Counted from the stretch's first letter, positions 38,203 to 48,448 are shown. The stretch is DNA of 64,000 bases from Phaeosaccion multiseriatum (GCA_965112735.1 OZ218965.1:2356001-2420000); one strand, 5' to 3'. Translations and numbers: made by a program. The notes: generated from the letters alone by a model not told the origin.

Positions 38203-38515
38203 TGTTAGAAGTCGTGCTTTTGCTAGACTGGTACCTACCCTCTGAATTCAGACCGGGAGGTACCAGTCTAGCAAAAGCACGACTTCTAACAAGCCCTAAT
38301 GCTAGAAGTCGAACCCCCCCCCCCCCACCGCACATAGTGGAGAGAAGTAACTCGCAGTCTGGGAATCAGACTAATGGGTGCCAGCCGGTACCAGTTTTCG
38401 CCGAAAAACACACTTTTTTCACAAGCTACAGCCAGGATTCGAACTCGCAATGGCCTTGTTAGAAGTCGTGCTTTTGCTAGACTGGTACCTACCCTCTGAA
38501 TTCAGACCGGGAGGT
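38203..38515. mobile_element. Mini-element with palindromic terminal repeats: 89-bp palindrome (38203-38291), 165-bp spacer, second truncated copy (38457-38515)
   Basis: 34-bp perfect inverted arms tgttagaagtcgtgcttttgctagactggtacct around a tctgaattcaga centre; direct repeat of the unit at 38457. Confidence 0.88.
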
Positions 38516-38519
38516 TAGG

Positions 38520-38715
38520 TGTCGAAACTACCGACAGCTAGCCTCAAAGCCAAGCTAGAGCAGAGCAGGAGCTGAAGCAAGCACCCGGAAGCCAGCCCAC
38601 ACGCAGGCTGCGCTTCCTTCCTTTTATTACTGATTTACCGTCTAGTTGGCCCGTTTTCCGGCCGTTACACTACTGATTGGGTCCCCAAGGGACCCCAACT
38701 AGGCCACTTCTAACA
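38520..38715 (-). repeat. 3' LTR of element B
   Basis: Identical to 50813-51008. Confidence 0.96.
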
Positions 38716-38753
38716 TCCCCCTCACTACACCCCCGCCTCTTCCGCCAGCTCCC

Positions 38754-41700
38754 TCAGAAGCCGAGATGCGAGCGATAGAATTGCGTCTCGTGCGCCAGCC
38801 CGCTGCCCCACTTCTCATGTTGCCGCAGACGGATCGTGCTTTCCCGTTTAGACCTATGCCCTCTTTTGACATTCACTCCTGGATCAAGGGCAGTGTGCGG
38901 GAGGGCGTTCTCGAACGCCTCTATGGCCTTGGCGTGTCCCCGCTCCAGTAACCACTCAGCCCATTCCCAGGTCTGGAAAGTGCCGCCGTCCGACACCGCC
39001 CACCGCACGTTATACTCTCGCCGCAGTGGCAGCCCCGTGGCTTTGCGCCAGCGGAACTTCACAATCCTCGCCAGCGTGGGCACTTTCCCTTCACTCACCT
39101 CGTCCAGCTCTAAGCTACGCTGCTCCTGCATTGCGCTGGTAGCCCACTGAGGAGAGCACCAACGGATATGATACCTGGCGAACCCTTCCGGGAGACCGAA
39201 GGGCCGCTCGCTCACCCCATCGATGAACGGCTTCGTCAAGTCTCTGTGGTACGCCCGTTGCAGCTGCTCCACACCATTGCCGCGCACCCGTTTCATAGAC
39301 AGATACACTGCGCTGCGCTGCATGACCTGATAGTGCTCTTCACTCACCCGCCCATGCTGAGCACAGTAGGCCCCCAGAGCTGGCCAAGGCAAGACTGTAT
39401 AAGGACCATCCCACGAGTGCTGCAGAGCCTTGAGTTGCGCTGACGGGGGCCCTTCGAGTTCTTCCCCTTCTTGCTGGGCGGCGGCACCAGGACGATACAA
39501 CATCACCTTGGTTCCGGGTCGCAGGGGCGTCGGCCAACGGCGTGAGGCGTTCTTCAGCTGCAATCTCCCGTGGTAGTCGCAGCGCCTCCCATTGACCACC
39601 GCCGCAGCCGCAGCCAGACGTGCCCGCAGTTCGTGGACCCATGCCGAGGCAGACGAAAACGACCCGTCCTCCACTAGCGCCGGAAGCATCGCCTGTAGAG
39701 GCACCGGGGGGTGCCGACCGAACAAGGCGTAGAATGGCGCCATCCCCGTGCTCTCCTGCGAGCGGCAGTTGTACGCATAGGTGAGCCCGGCGACGTAATC
39801 TGGCCACTGCTGCATCTGTGACTCCACGGTCGTCGCCAACATGTCCTTGATCGTGGCCATGAAGCGCTCCACCTGCCCATTGGCCTGTTGGTGCATCGGC
39901 GTCGTGAACACTTGCGACGCCGATAGAACTCGCATCACATCGCCCATGAGCGCACTGGTGAACTGCGAGCCTTGATCACTCACCAGCACTCGGGGCACAC
40001 CCAGGGTGGTGACGACATGCCGCACGAAGGCCCGAGCAATACCTTCCGCCGTATAGTCCTGTGCCCTCAAAGGCACCACCACTGTCCACTTCGTGAACCA
40101 ATCCTGAAACACCAAGAGGTACTCCTCACCGCCCATGCCCATAGGAAAGGGGCCAGCCACATCAGCGCCCATGACCGCCCAAGGTCCATCCACCTTGGAA
40201 ATGGACGACAGCGGCACAGGCTTTGGCTGCCGGCGAGGAGTCTTGCGTGTCTGGCACGCCAGACAGGAGCGGGCCCAATACAGCGCATGTGCATTCATCT
40301 TCTCCCACCATACGCGCTCTTGCAGCGCGTCTAGCATACGTCCCGGGCCTTGGTGCCCACCTGCGATGGCATCGGTGTGGGCGGCATGCAGCAAGGCTGG
40401 CCGCATCTCCTTGGGCACACATACTTGTAGCCGAGTGTGCCGCACCCGCCACCGAAAGCCCCCAGGAGCCCACTTACGCATCAAGAGCCCGTCCTCATCC
40501 ACAAAGAACTCACCCCCACCTGCATCCACCACGCCGCCGGTGGGCCCAGCCTGAACACGGCGACGGAGTGCTTCCAGCTCCGCATCAGCCCGCTGCGCAC
40601 GCACCCACCACGCGGCCTCGACATGCAGACTGCCACCCAAAGCTCCAGCCGCTCGTCTGTGCGCCGCGGCAGCAGGCACCGTGCCTGGTAGAGACCACCC
40701 AAACTGTCGCTCTGCCTCTCGTCGATGCCCATCAAGCTCGCGCTGCAAGGTGGACTCCTGCTCCACCGGCTCCTTGGAAACTGAATCCACTGCCTCCTCA
40801 GCTTCATTATCCACTGCATCCGCAGCTTCATCACCTGCATCCCCCGCTTCTTCCGTGACCAGTAGATCTGCCGTACCAGGCTCCGACGGCGACTCCGCAG
40901 CAGGCGGCTCCCCAGGGTGGGTGATGCGGCCCTCCTCCGTAACAAGCTCCTCACCCTCGGTGGCACCAGCAACAGCAGCTGGACACACCTCCGAGGGCAG
41001 ACGAGACGCATCCTCCTCAAGCTCGGCCTCCCATGCAGCCCACGCATGAGCGGCCGCGGCACCCGTTTGCTGAGCCTCCGCTGGTGTGCACATCGAGAAG
41101 TAGTCACGCGACACCTGACGGACTTGCTTCCATGGCAACTCGATCATGGTATCTAGATGACTGGCCAACGCGCCCACCACCTTCCGCTGGCGCTTATATG
41201 TCCGCGTGAACCGCTCCACCATCTGCATCATTGTCTCCCACGAGCACTGCAGTTTGAATTGCAGTTTGGCCAGGTCGAATACCTCCAACGTCTTGGAGTG
41301 GACACCAAAGATGTAGAGCGGTGACACGTGGTCGCGATCGCCCCAATAACCAACCGCGGCCTGCATGAACCTGCCGACTTGCATCTCCTCCTGCTCCGCA
41401 GGGGTGTGAGCAGGGCTCATCGCGCTAAGCTCCACCCCCGGGCCACCATGGACGAACGGCACACACTCCGCCATGCGAGGCCAGAGGCGGAGGAGCGCCG
41501 CAGCGTCAGCAAACGCGTACTCCCGTTGAGCGGCGGACAGCGGCCGCTTCGTCCAATCGGTGGCCCGCTCCTCCTTGCTAAGGTGTTGCTCCAAAAACAT
41601 GCTGACAAGGTCCTGGAGTCCGATGAACTGAGTATGTTCGGGGCACACGCGCTTAAAGAGGTCACTGGTGTCCACCAAGTTGACGATGTGCTGGACATGC

Positions 41701-44700
41701 TCCGCGAGCTCCGGCCATCGGCCCAGGGCACGTTGGTCGTGACTCCAGTGGTGAGCCAGCTTCACAATCGAGGGTTCGGCCCACAGGTCCCGCAACACTT
41801 GCGCCAGTACCATCATACCCCCCGCCTTCTGAAGCGCGTCTAGATCAATCAAGAGCCCATAGTCACGCGCCACATCCGGCAGCGGCCCAACCTGCACGGC
41901 CAATTGCAGCAGCGACGCGCGCCGTCGGTGACGCGCCCACTCCGAATCCATAGCGACCACTTTGGCTGAGCGCAACTGAGTCGATAGAGCCTGCACGTGC
42001 CTCGGCGTAGACACGTACGTGCACCTCGCTGCGGAAATGTGACTCACAAATGGCGGCATCTGACCCGGCTGCCAGGCCTCTATCACAGCCTTCTTCACAC
42101 CCAGCTGAGGTGCTCGCGTAGGCTGCCATCCACATTGCTGAAGACGCTGTGTCCAAGCACGCCGAGCAGTACCCCTGCGTGACTGCGTCGCCGCCAAGTC
42201 CACCTCTGCAGTCTGCCAGGCTTGTAGGGCCTCCGCTCCGCTCTGCTGCTGGTGGTGGCACCGTTGCTGCTGTTGCTGGGCCGTCACGGCAGGCACAGGA
42301 ATAGGAAGGCGTGTGTCGGCTTCGCCCTGCAGCTGTTGCGCCACTGCGAGAAAGCGAAGCAGTGCGCCCTCCGTGGGCTCCTCCCAATGAAGGCTGCACT
42401 CGTCCCCTACCATCTCCACCAGGTTCAACTGCACCCCCATCGAAGCACACCAGGTGTGCAAGGGCGACGGCCACTCGCACGCAACCATGGCCAAGTCTAC
42501 CCCCGCATGCGTCTCCCACTCCTGCACCGGAAGCGCGTTGCGAGAGAGGCAGTCAGGCACCACCATTTGCTTCCCGGGACGATGCACAAACTGCAAGTGG
42601 TGCGTAGAGAGCCGCTCGTACCATCTGAACAGCTTGGAATTGGTATCCTTGTGCCCAGCCAACCACAACAAGGGCTGATGGTCCGTCACCACTGTGGTGG
42701 GGTAGTGGCAGATGTACATGGCCAGTTTGCGCACACACCACACCACTGCCAGCAGCTCCAGCTCCGTGCTGCTCAGTCGCGCCTCCGTCTCCGTGGTAGC
42801 CCGACTGATGAACGTCACCACACGCTCCTCCCCGGTCGCATCTTTCTGAGAGAGCACTCCTGCTAACCCTTCCGTCGAGGCATCGGTACTCAGGGTGAAA
42901 GTCGTCGCTGGCCCGTACTCCGGAAAAGCCAGTGCAGGGGAAGACAACAAGTCGGCAACGAGTCCATCCCAAGCTGCATCGTGCGAGGCATTCCAGGCGG
43001 TGCTCACGTCGACGCCCTTACGCAGCAGCCCATTGAGGGGCCGCACTTTGCGCGCAAACTCCGGAATGAAACGGCGAAAGTAGCTGAGCATGCCAATGAA
43101 ACGCCGCACCTGCTTAACTCGATTGACGCCGCCATCCTTCGCAAGCAACCTCAACGGCTTGACCAGCTCTTGCACCGCCGCATGCTTGGCCGGGTCTGTG
43201 CGCACCCCATTCTGATCCAGCAAATGCCCGCAGAACCGCACCTCCGGTGCACCCAATACAGCCTTACTCGGCTCCAACTTGAGCTTGTGCTCCACCAACC
43301 GCGCAAGCACAGCATCCAAATGCTCCAGATGCTGCTCAACCGTAGCCGAAAACACAGCAATATCGTCCACAAAGCATGCCACATGCTCCTGAAGCCCCTT
43401 GAGCACCTTGTTCATAAGCCGCACAAAGACTGCAGGCGCATTCTTCGCGCCCTGCGGCATCACTCGCCAAGCGTAAGTTCCACTGTGGCACACAAAGGTG
43501 GATATGTCCTCTTCCGCTGCTGATGCCATCGGCACATTGAAGTAGCCCGACATGATGTCCATCACCGAGAACACCTTGGAGCCATGCATCTCTGCCAGCA
43601 GATCATCAATCACCGGCATCGCAGGGGCCTCCGTGCGACACGCATCATTCAGCTGAGACAAGTCACACGTCATACGTACCACAGGCGTCCCATCCTCATG
43701 ACACTTGGTTTTGCCAGCTGCGTCCGTCTTCAAGACCGCCATCAGCGGAGTAGCCCAGCTGGAAGTGCTGGGGCGAATGATGGCAGCCGCGAGAAGCTTG
43801 TCAATCTCAATCTCAATCCCCCGCCGCAAATGTGGAGGATACCGTCGAGCGGAGCTCCGAATGGGCTGCTGATTCGCATCCTTCAGTCCCCACTCAAAGA
43901 AGAGAGTATCCGTCCGACCGTAGTCACCAGGCCTCTGACAGAATGCTTGCGACCGAGCGCGAAGGATCGCCACCAGTCCCCAGCGTTGCACCTCCGTCCA
44001 GGCACCGTCGCCAATCGTGATAGCGTGCAGGGGCGACGGTAGCTCCCTGAGCCAGAACTGAGCCCGCTCCGTAGTGAGCTTGGCACGGCGCCGCTGCTCC
44101 ACCACAAGCTCTCCTGCATCCCACGACTCCACTCCACCACCAAGACAGCGACTCTCCTGCAGCACCGTTCGCAATTGGATAAGGAGCAGCAGCGCATTGG
44201 TCATATCCTGCTCCACCTTCTCCTGCTGCTGTAATGGGCGACTAGACCACAACGACAAGAGCTGTTGGGCCCATGCGGCCACAGCAACGTCCCCAACGCC
44301 GCTCAGACCCGTGCCAGCGGCTTGGTGTACATGGGGGCGCAGGAGCAGTAGCGCGGTCACAGCCCCTTCCTCTGCCGCAACCAAGCACTCGCGCAGACGT
44401 CCATACACTCGCTCTGACAGGTGAGGGTACCACTCCTTGATCAACTGCACTCCTGCCATCAGAGTCCCACCGGACGTGTCACTCTGGCTACCGAGTCGCA
44501 AGGCACCATCCGCATCCAGTACCCACCCATCACCGCGTAGGTCAGTCAATGATGTGCCCACCGCCGCCGACGATGAACCTGCCTCGGACCGTAGTGGCGG
44601 TTCCTCCGACGCCACTGACGATGCCGCCCCTGGCGCAGGCCTGCTGGTGGAATCATCAGCCCCCGCCACGTGGTGGACCTGCAGCTGGCCTGTACGAGGC

Positions 44701-46700
44701 GGTCGGGGCTCCTGCAACTGTGTCTGACGGCGTCGCGCTACCGCCGCCGGAGCCACCTGCTGCTGTACCGCATTGGACCGCTGAACCTGCTGAGCTGCCG
44801 ACGAATCCGCTCGCTTAAAGAGCTCTTCCCGCTGGGCCTTGTGCCGTCGCTGCAATGCCCACTGGCGTTGCTGCCGTGCCTGCTGCTGTGCCGCTTGTAA
44901 CCGCTTGGCCTGCTGCGTTGCCAACCATGCTGCTGTCTCCTCCTTCGAGTCCACTCGTGGTGTGTCAGCTCGTCTGGCCGGCACTCGCACTATCCCCCCC
45001 CAGGAGGGCGCCAAGGGCACGCGACGCTCCCGCGGCACCTGTCGTTGCCCCAAGTCGCTCCCCCAAGCGAGACGAAGCCCTCGGTGATGCCAGGCGCAGG
45101 AGCCGTCAGCGCACAGCTCCCGTCGCAGCGGCAAAACTTGTCGTCGCACTTGCTCATGGCGCTCCAACACTGCTTGCCGATGAACCTGGTCCCACAGCAC
45201 AGGAGACTCCACAAGCATTGATGCCACTCTCCGACGTTGCCGCTGCAACCGCCCAGCACCCACTCGACTCTGACGACACTGACTCCCCTTCTTGCCGCTG
45301 CGCTGCAAATGCTGAAACCGGGCCTTCACTGCCGGCTGAGGCACCAGAGTCGATGGCACCCCCACCTCAGTCCGTGGGTGCGTCAGGGCCTGCACCTGCA
45401 CAGCTTGCAGCGGAAGCGCCGTAGCCCCCAGCTCAGCCTCCTCTGGTACCACCGAGCAGCGAACTACAGGCCCCTGCGGTGGGCACCAGACCGGCTCAGC
45501 TCCTGCTTCAGCTTCAGCCGGCTGCTGCGACGCCTCCTCCTCCACCACAGACTCAACCGCCTCCCGCGCCTTGGACCATGGCAGCCTGCGCTTCACCACA
45601 CGCCTCACCATCCCGCCAAGAGCACCAAGCCAGGAGGAAGGGGCCGCTGCAGTCTCCGGCATGGTATCTGAAGAAGCCGGCTCAGCGAGCATGAGCGCGG
45701 CCACCTCAGCGCTCGCCTCCGAGTCGAGCAAGCAAGAAGCGGTGCCGATGACCTGCCCAGGAACGACCACAATGACCTGATTGTGGTGATTCTGCACTGT
45801 GATTCGGTAACTCTGCCCCCCAGCATACACACCATCTTTGTGCGCCACTAGAACCTGCTCGTGCTCCAGCCACCATAGAACGTCCGCCTCTGCCGCCAAG
45901 TGTCCGTGAGCGCCCAGCTCCACCACCGCCTGGACACCCTCAACGATACCCGTAAGCTCGAGGAGAAGGGACCCCGTCTGTCCAGGTCCCAAGCTCAAAG
46001 CCTCCACCGCACGTACCCCCCCAACAGCAGCGTTGCCGTCCACCACTGCCAGCACTTGCACAGCCAAGGCATCGGACGGACGAGCATCCGACGTGGCCTC
46101 CTCCGAAGGAGTCGGAAGTACGTAGAGCTGCTTCGCACGATGATCGACGACTGCCCCTACTTGGGTGAAGAAATCCTGCCCCAAGAAGATGGGCCGCGCC
46201 AAGTGGTCCACCACATGAAAGGGTAGCACCGGCTGGCACGTCGGCGTGAGTCCCACCTGAAGCCAAACAAGCCCTCTGGACATGGTCTTGGCACGATTGT
46301 CAGCGTAAGACACCTGCACCCCCTTCTGCGTGGCGAGCTCTGACCGCTCCACCGTGCCATCCGCCACCAGTTGATTGAAGCAGGCTGTCGAGATGCAGCC
46401 CGCTCCTGTGCACCCACTGTCCATCAAGGCTGTAAAGGCGCTCTTCTCCACGGCGTCGGCGGCACTGGCATCCCGTGGAGCGGTAGCAGCCAAGCAATGC
46501 CGAGCGTCACTGACCTTCACTGGCGAGCGCACCGTAACCTCGATCGTGTGGCCCCGCCCTGCTGGGACTGCCGTACGACCCGTGGCAGCCACCGCTTCGG
46601 CAATCTCAGCTCTCCGCACTGCTGTCTGCAAGGCGGCCACCCCCCCGGAGCGTCCTCCATCCGCACACGGTAGAGAGCCAAGGCAGCGCGTTGCACACAC
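38754..46700 (-). CDS. pol: Pol polyprotein: aspartic protease, dUTPase-like segment, long spacer, RT, RNase H, DEDDy 3'-5' exonuclease, unknown domain, integrase, chromodomain
   Basis: LMDSGC; MDIMSGYFNV, MPQGAKNAP, FVDD; STDAS, ELELLA, TDHQPL, PDCLSR; AMDSEW..HDQRAL..YAFAD; H-H-C-C, D-D-E, GPY; EYNVRW..TWE. Confidence 0.95.
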   Translation of the reverse strand: MCATRCLGSLPCADGGRSGGVAALQTAVRRAEIAEAVAATGRTAVPAGRGHTIEVTVRSPVKVSDARHCLAATAPRDASAADAVEKSAFTALMDSGCTGAGCISTACFNQLVADGTVERSELATQKGVQVSYADNRAKTMSRGLVWLQVGLTPTCQPVLPFHVVDHLARPIFLGQDFFTQVGAVVDHRAKQLYVLPTPSEEATSDARPSDALAVQVLAVVDGNAAVGGVRAVEALSLGPGQTGSLLLELTGIVEGVQAVVELGAHGHLAAEADVLWWLEHEQVLVAHKDGVYAGGQSYRITVQNHHNQVIVVVPGQVIGTASCLLDSEASAEVAALMLAEPASSDTMPETAAAPSSWLGALGGMVRRVVKRRLPWSKAREAVESVVEEEASQQPAEAEAGAEPVWCPPQGPVVRCSVVPEEAELGATALPLQAVQVQALTHPRTEVGVPSTLVPQPAVKARFQHLQRSGKKGSQCRQSRVGAGRLQRQRRRVASMLVESPVLWDQVHRQAVLERHEQVRRQVLPLRRELCADGSCAWHHRGLRLAWGSDLGQRQVPRERRVPLAPSWGGIVRVPARRADTPRVDSKEETAAWLATQQAKRLQAAQQQARQQRQWALQRRHKAQREELFKRADSSAAQQVQRSNAVQQQVAPAAVARRRQTQLQEPRPPRTGQLQVHHVAGADDSTSRPAPGAASSVASEEPPLRSEAGSSSAAVGTSLTDLRGDGWVLDADGALRLGSQSDTSGGTLMAGVQLIKEWYPHLSERVYGRLRECLVAAEEGAVTALLLLRPHVHQAAGTGLSGVGDVAVAAWAQQLLSLWSSRPLQQQEKVEQDMTNALLLLIQLRTVLQESRCLGGGVESWDAGELVVEQRRRAKLTTERAQFWLRELPSPLHAITIGDGAWTEVQRWGLVAILRARSQAFCQRPGDYGRTDTLFFEWGLKDANQQPIRSSARRYPPHLRRGIEIEIDKLLAAAIIRPSTSSWATPLMAVLKTDAAGKTKCHEDGTPVVRMTCDLSQLNDACRTEAPAMPVIDDLLAEMHGSKVFSVMDIMSGYFNVPMASAAEEDISTFVCHSGTYAWRVMPQGAKNAPAVFVRLMNKVLKGLQEHVACFVDDIAVFSATVEQHLEHLDAVLARLVEHKLKLEPSKAVLGAPEVRFCGHLLDQNGVRTDPAKHAAVQELVKPLRLLAKDGGVNRVKQVRRFIGMLSYFRRFIPEFARKVRPLNGLLRKGVDVSTAWNASHDAAWDGLVADLLSSPALAFPEYGPATTFTLSTDASTEGLAGVLSQKDATGEERVVTFISRATTETEARLSSTELELLAVVWCVRKLAMYICHYPTTVVTDHQPLLWLAGHKDTNSKLFRWYERLSTHHLQFVHRPGKQMVVPDCLSRNALPVQEWETHAGVDLAMVACEWPSPLHTWCASMGVQLNLVEMVGDECSLHWEEPTEGALLRFLAVAQQLQGEADTRLPIPVPAVTAQQQQQRCHHQQQSGAEALQAWQTAEVDLAATQSRRGTARRAWTQRLQQCGWQPTRAPQLGVKKAVIEAWQPGQMPPFVSHISAARCTYVSTPRHVQALSTQLRSAKVVAMDSEWARHRRRASLLQLAVQVGPLPDVARDYGLLIDLDALQKAGGMMVLAQVLRDLWAEPSIVKLAHHWSHDQRALGRWPELAEHVQHIVNLVDTSDLFKRVCPEHTQFIGLQDLVSMFLEQHLSKEERATDWTKRPLSAAQREYAFADAAALLRLWPRMAECVPFVHGGPGVELSAMSPAHTPAEQEEMQVGRFMQAAVGYWGDRDHVSPLYIFGVHSKTLEVFDLAKLQFKLQCSWETMMQMVERFTRTYKRQRKVVGALASHLDTMIELPWKQVRQVSRDYFSMCTPAEAQQTGAAAAHAWAAWEAELEEDASRLPSEVCPAAVAGATEGEELVTEEGRITHPGEPPAAESPSEPGTADLLVTEEAGDAGDEAADAVDNEAEEAVDSVSKEPVEQESTLQRELDGHRREAERQFGWSLPGTVPAAAAHRRAAGALGGSLHVEAAWWVRAQRADAELEALRRRVQAGPTGGVVDAGGGEFFVDEDGLLMRKWAPGGFRWRVRHTRLQVCVPKEMRPALLHAAHTDAIAGGHQGPGRMLDALQERVWWEKMNAHALYWARSCLACQTRKTPRRQPKPVPLSSISKVDGPWAVMGADVAGPFPMGMGGEEYLLVFQDWFTKWTVVVPLRAQDYTAEGIARAFVRHVVTTLGVPRVLVSDQGSQFTSALMGDVMRVLSASQVFTTPMHQQANGQVERFMATIKDMLATTVESQMQQWPDYVAGLTYAYNCRSQESTGMAPFYALFGRHPPVPLQAMLPALVEDGSFSSASAWVHELRARLAAAAAVVNGRRCDYHGRLQLKNASRRWPTPLRPGTKVMLYRPGAAAQQEGEELEGPPSAQLKALQHSWDGPYTVLPWPALGAYCAQHGRVSEEHYQVMQRSAVYLSMKRVRGNGVEQLQRAYHRDLTKPFIDGVSERPFGLPEGFARYHIRWCSPQWATSAMQEQRSLELDEVSEGKVPTLARIVKFRWRKATGLPLRREYNVRWAVSDGGTFQTWEWAEWLLERGHAKAIEAFENALPHTALDPGVNVKRGHRSKRESTIRLRQHEKWGSGLAHETQFYRSHLGF

Positions 46701-47774
46701 CCCTCACACATATCACACTCACTGTCAACAGCCGACGCACAGGCACAAGCTCCCGGACTGGGGGGCTCCTTGAGCAGAGCGACTCCCGCGCCAGGCTCCA
46801 AGGCTACTGCATGACAAGCACGCACAAACGGATCAAGGGCAAGCGTGTGCAGCCCCGCCTCCTCCGTCAACACCGCCGTGAAAGCAGCCTCCTGCTGATG
46901 CTGCTGTGCTGCTGCTGTCGCACGAGCACGCTGCCTCCGCTGCTTCCTCCGTACCCGCCGTCGAAGAGCTACTGCGCGCCTCGCTGCATCCTGCTGCTCC
47001 TGTGCCGCCTGCTCGTCACCCTTGCGCAGCGCTGCCTTCGCCTGCTGGGCACGCCGTCTCAACCACTTTGCTGCCACCCTCTGCTCAGTCCTGCTCCGCC
47101 CCTCCGCCGGAGGCACCGCTGGAGACGTCAGCGGCAGGGTCCGAAGGCTCTGCTCCTGCTGCTGAAGCTGAACCTCCTCCTGCTGCTGAAGCTGAACCTG
47201 CCACGCCCACTGTTCATGTTCCCCCGTGGGAGTGAATGGCGGAAGAGATGCTGCCCCGAGCGGTAAGGCCCGCACGAGGCCCATGGCCTTGGCCTGGCGA
47301 GGCGTCACCAGGGAGCACAGCTGCTGAGGCTGAAGCTCATCGCTTGACGGTGGGCTGGCTTTTGCAACCTGGACGGCAGCCTCGACAGCATGACCCTGCT
47401 GCTGCTCCAATTGCTCCTGCTGCCCCCCCGCCACCTGCGGCTGCTGCTGCAGCAGCTGCTGCTGCTGTCCCAGCCGCTGTTGCCGCTCCTTCGCCGCACG
47501 CAGTGCGCGCTGTTCCGGGAAGGCACACGCACGCACCCGCTCCAAACCCCTTGCATCCATCCAGACAGACTCGTGTTGCGCAACGGTTGCCGCCTCGCAC
47601 TCAACCTCCCCCACTGCCGACGGTGGCACCTGCTGCTCCGGACACTCACCCGCAACGACTGCATCCTCCTGGCGCAGAGGCAGCGGCAGCGCGACGTCAG
47701 GTCCGCTCGACGGCTCGACGGCAGAGCCGGGCTGCGGTGCTTCGACTAAGCACACGGAGCGTACCACTGGACAC

Positions 47775-47807
<33 letters not shown>

Positions 47808-48448
47808 GGCGGCGGCAGCTGCTCGACTGCGGAAGCCGCTGGCGCAGCCTCCTGGTGCGCGCCCTCCACGACTACCTCTACTGCACGCTGCGCCTGCTGC
47901 TGTACCGCCGTCATCGTCGTGTGCTCACCAGCAACGACTGCATCCGGGCCGTCAGTGCCCCGCGACTGCTCGACCACAGAGCGTACCACAGGACCCGGCT
48001 GCTGGCGCTGCGGCTGCGGCAGCTGCCGCTCCGACGCTGGCAGCTGCTCGACCGCGGACGGCGCAGGCACAGCCTCTCTGTGCGCACCCTCCACGACTGC
48101 CTCTACGACACGGCGCTGCTGCTGCTGCTGCTGCTGCTGCAGCTGCTGCTGCTGTTGCTGTTGCCGTTGTAGCCGAGCACGTTTGAGTCTGTCGCCACAC
48201 CACATGTCACTCCGATAAACTCTGATGGCAGGTGACTCCTGCTCTACACGACTAGCCTGACCGCTCCTACGCTGAGCGTCGGCATGGGGCAAAGGTGGGT
48301 CTGACAAACAAGATAGGTGCGAAGTACATTCATTATCTTCTACACTGCTCTTGCCCGCCCTCCCCCCCTGTTCCCCCACGCCGACGCTATCCTCACGCGC
48401 GGCGGTCGTGGTCCCCAGGGCTGCTGGCCAAGCAGCCCCGGGGCACCG
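46517..48448 (-). CDS. Q/E-rich intermediate ORF of element B, in frame with gag behind a single UGA
   Basis: No stop between 48448 and 46517; repeated AVEAVVEGAH.EA.PA.SAVEQLP modules. Confidence 0.6.

Noticed and set aside
43362-43373. FVDD instead of YxDD as a sign of an inactive RT
   Set aside because: Both catalytic Asp residues are retained and Phe at this position occurs in other RTs
38754-46700. Telomerase or telomere-maintaining non-LTR retroelement
   Set aside because: The RT is gypsy-type with RNase H, integrase and LTRs, and a long canonical TTAGGG tract is present
46517-48379. env-like third ORF
   Set aside because: It lies between gag and pol, has no signal peptide or TM segment, and is in frame with gag
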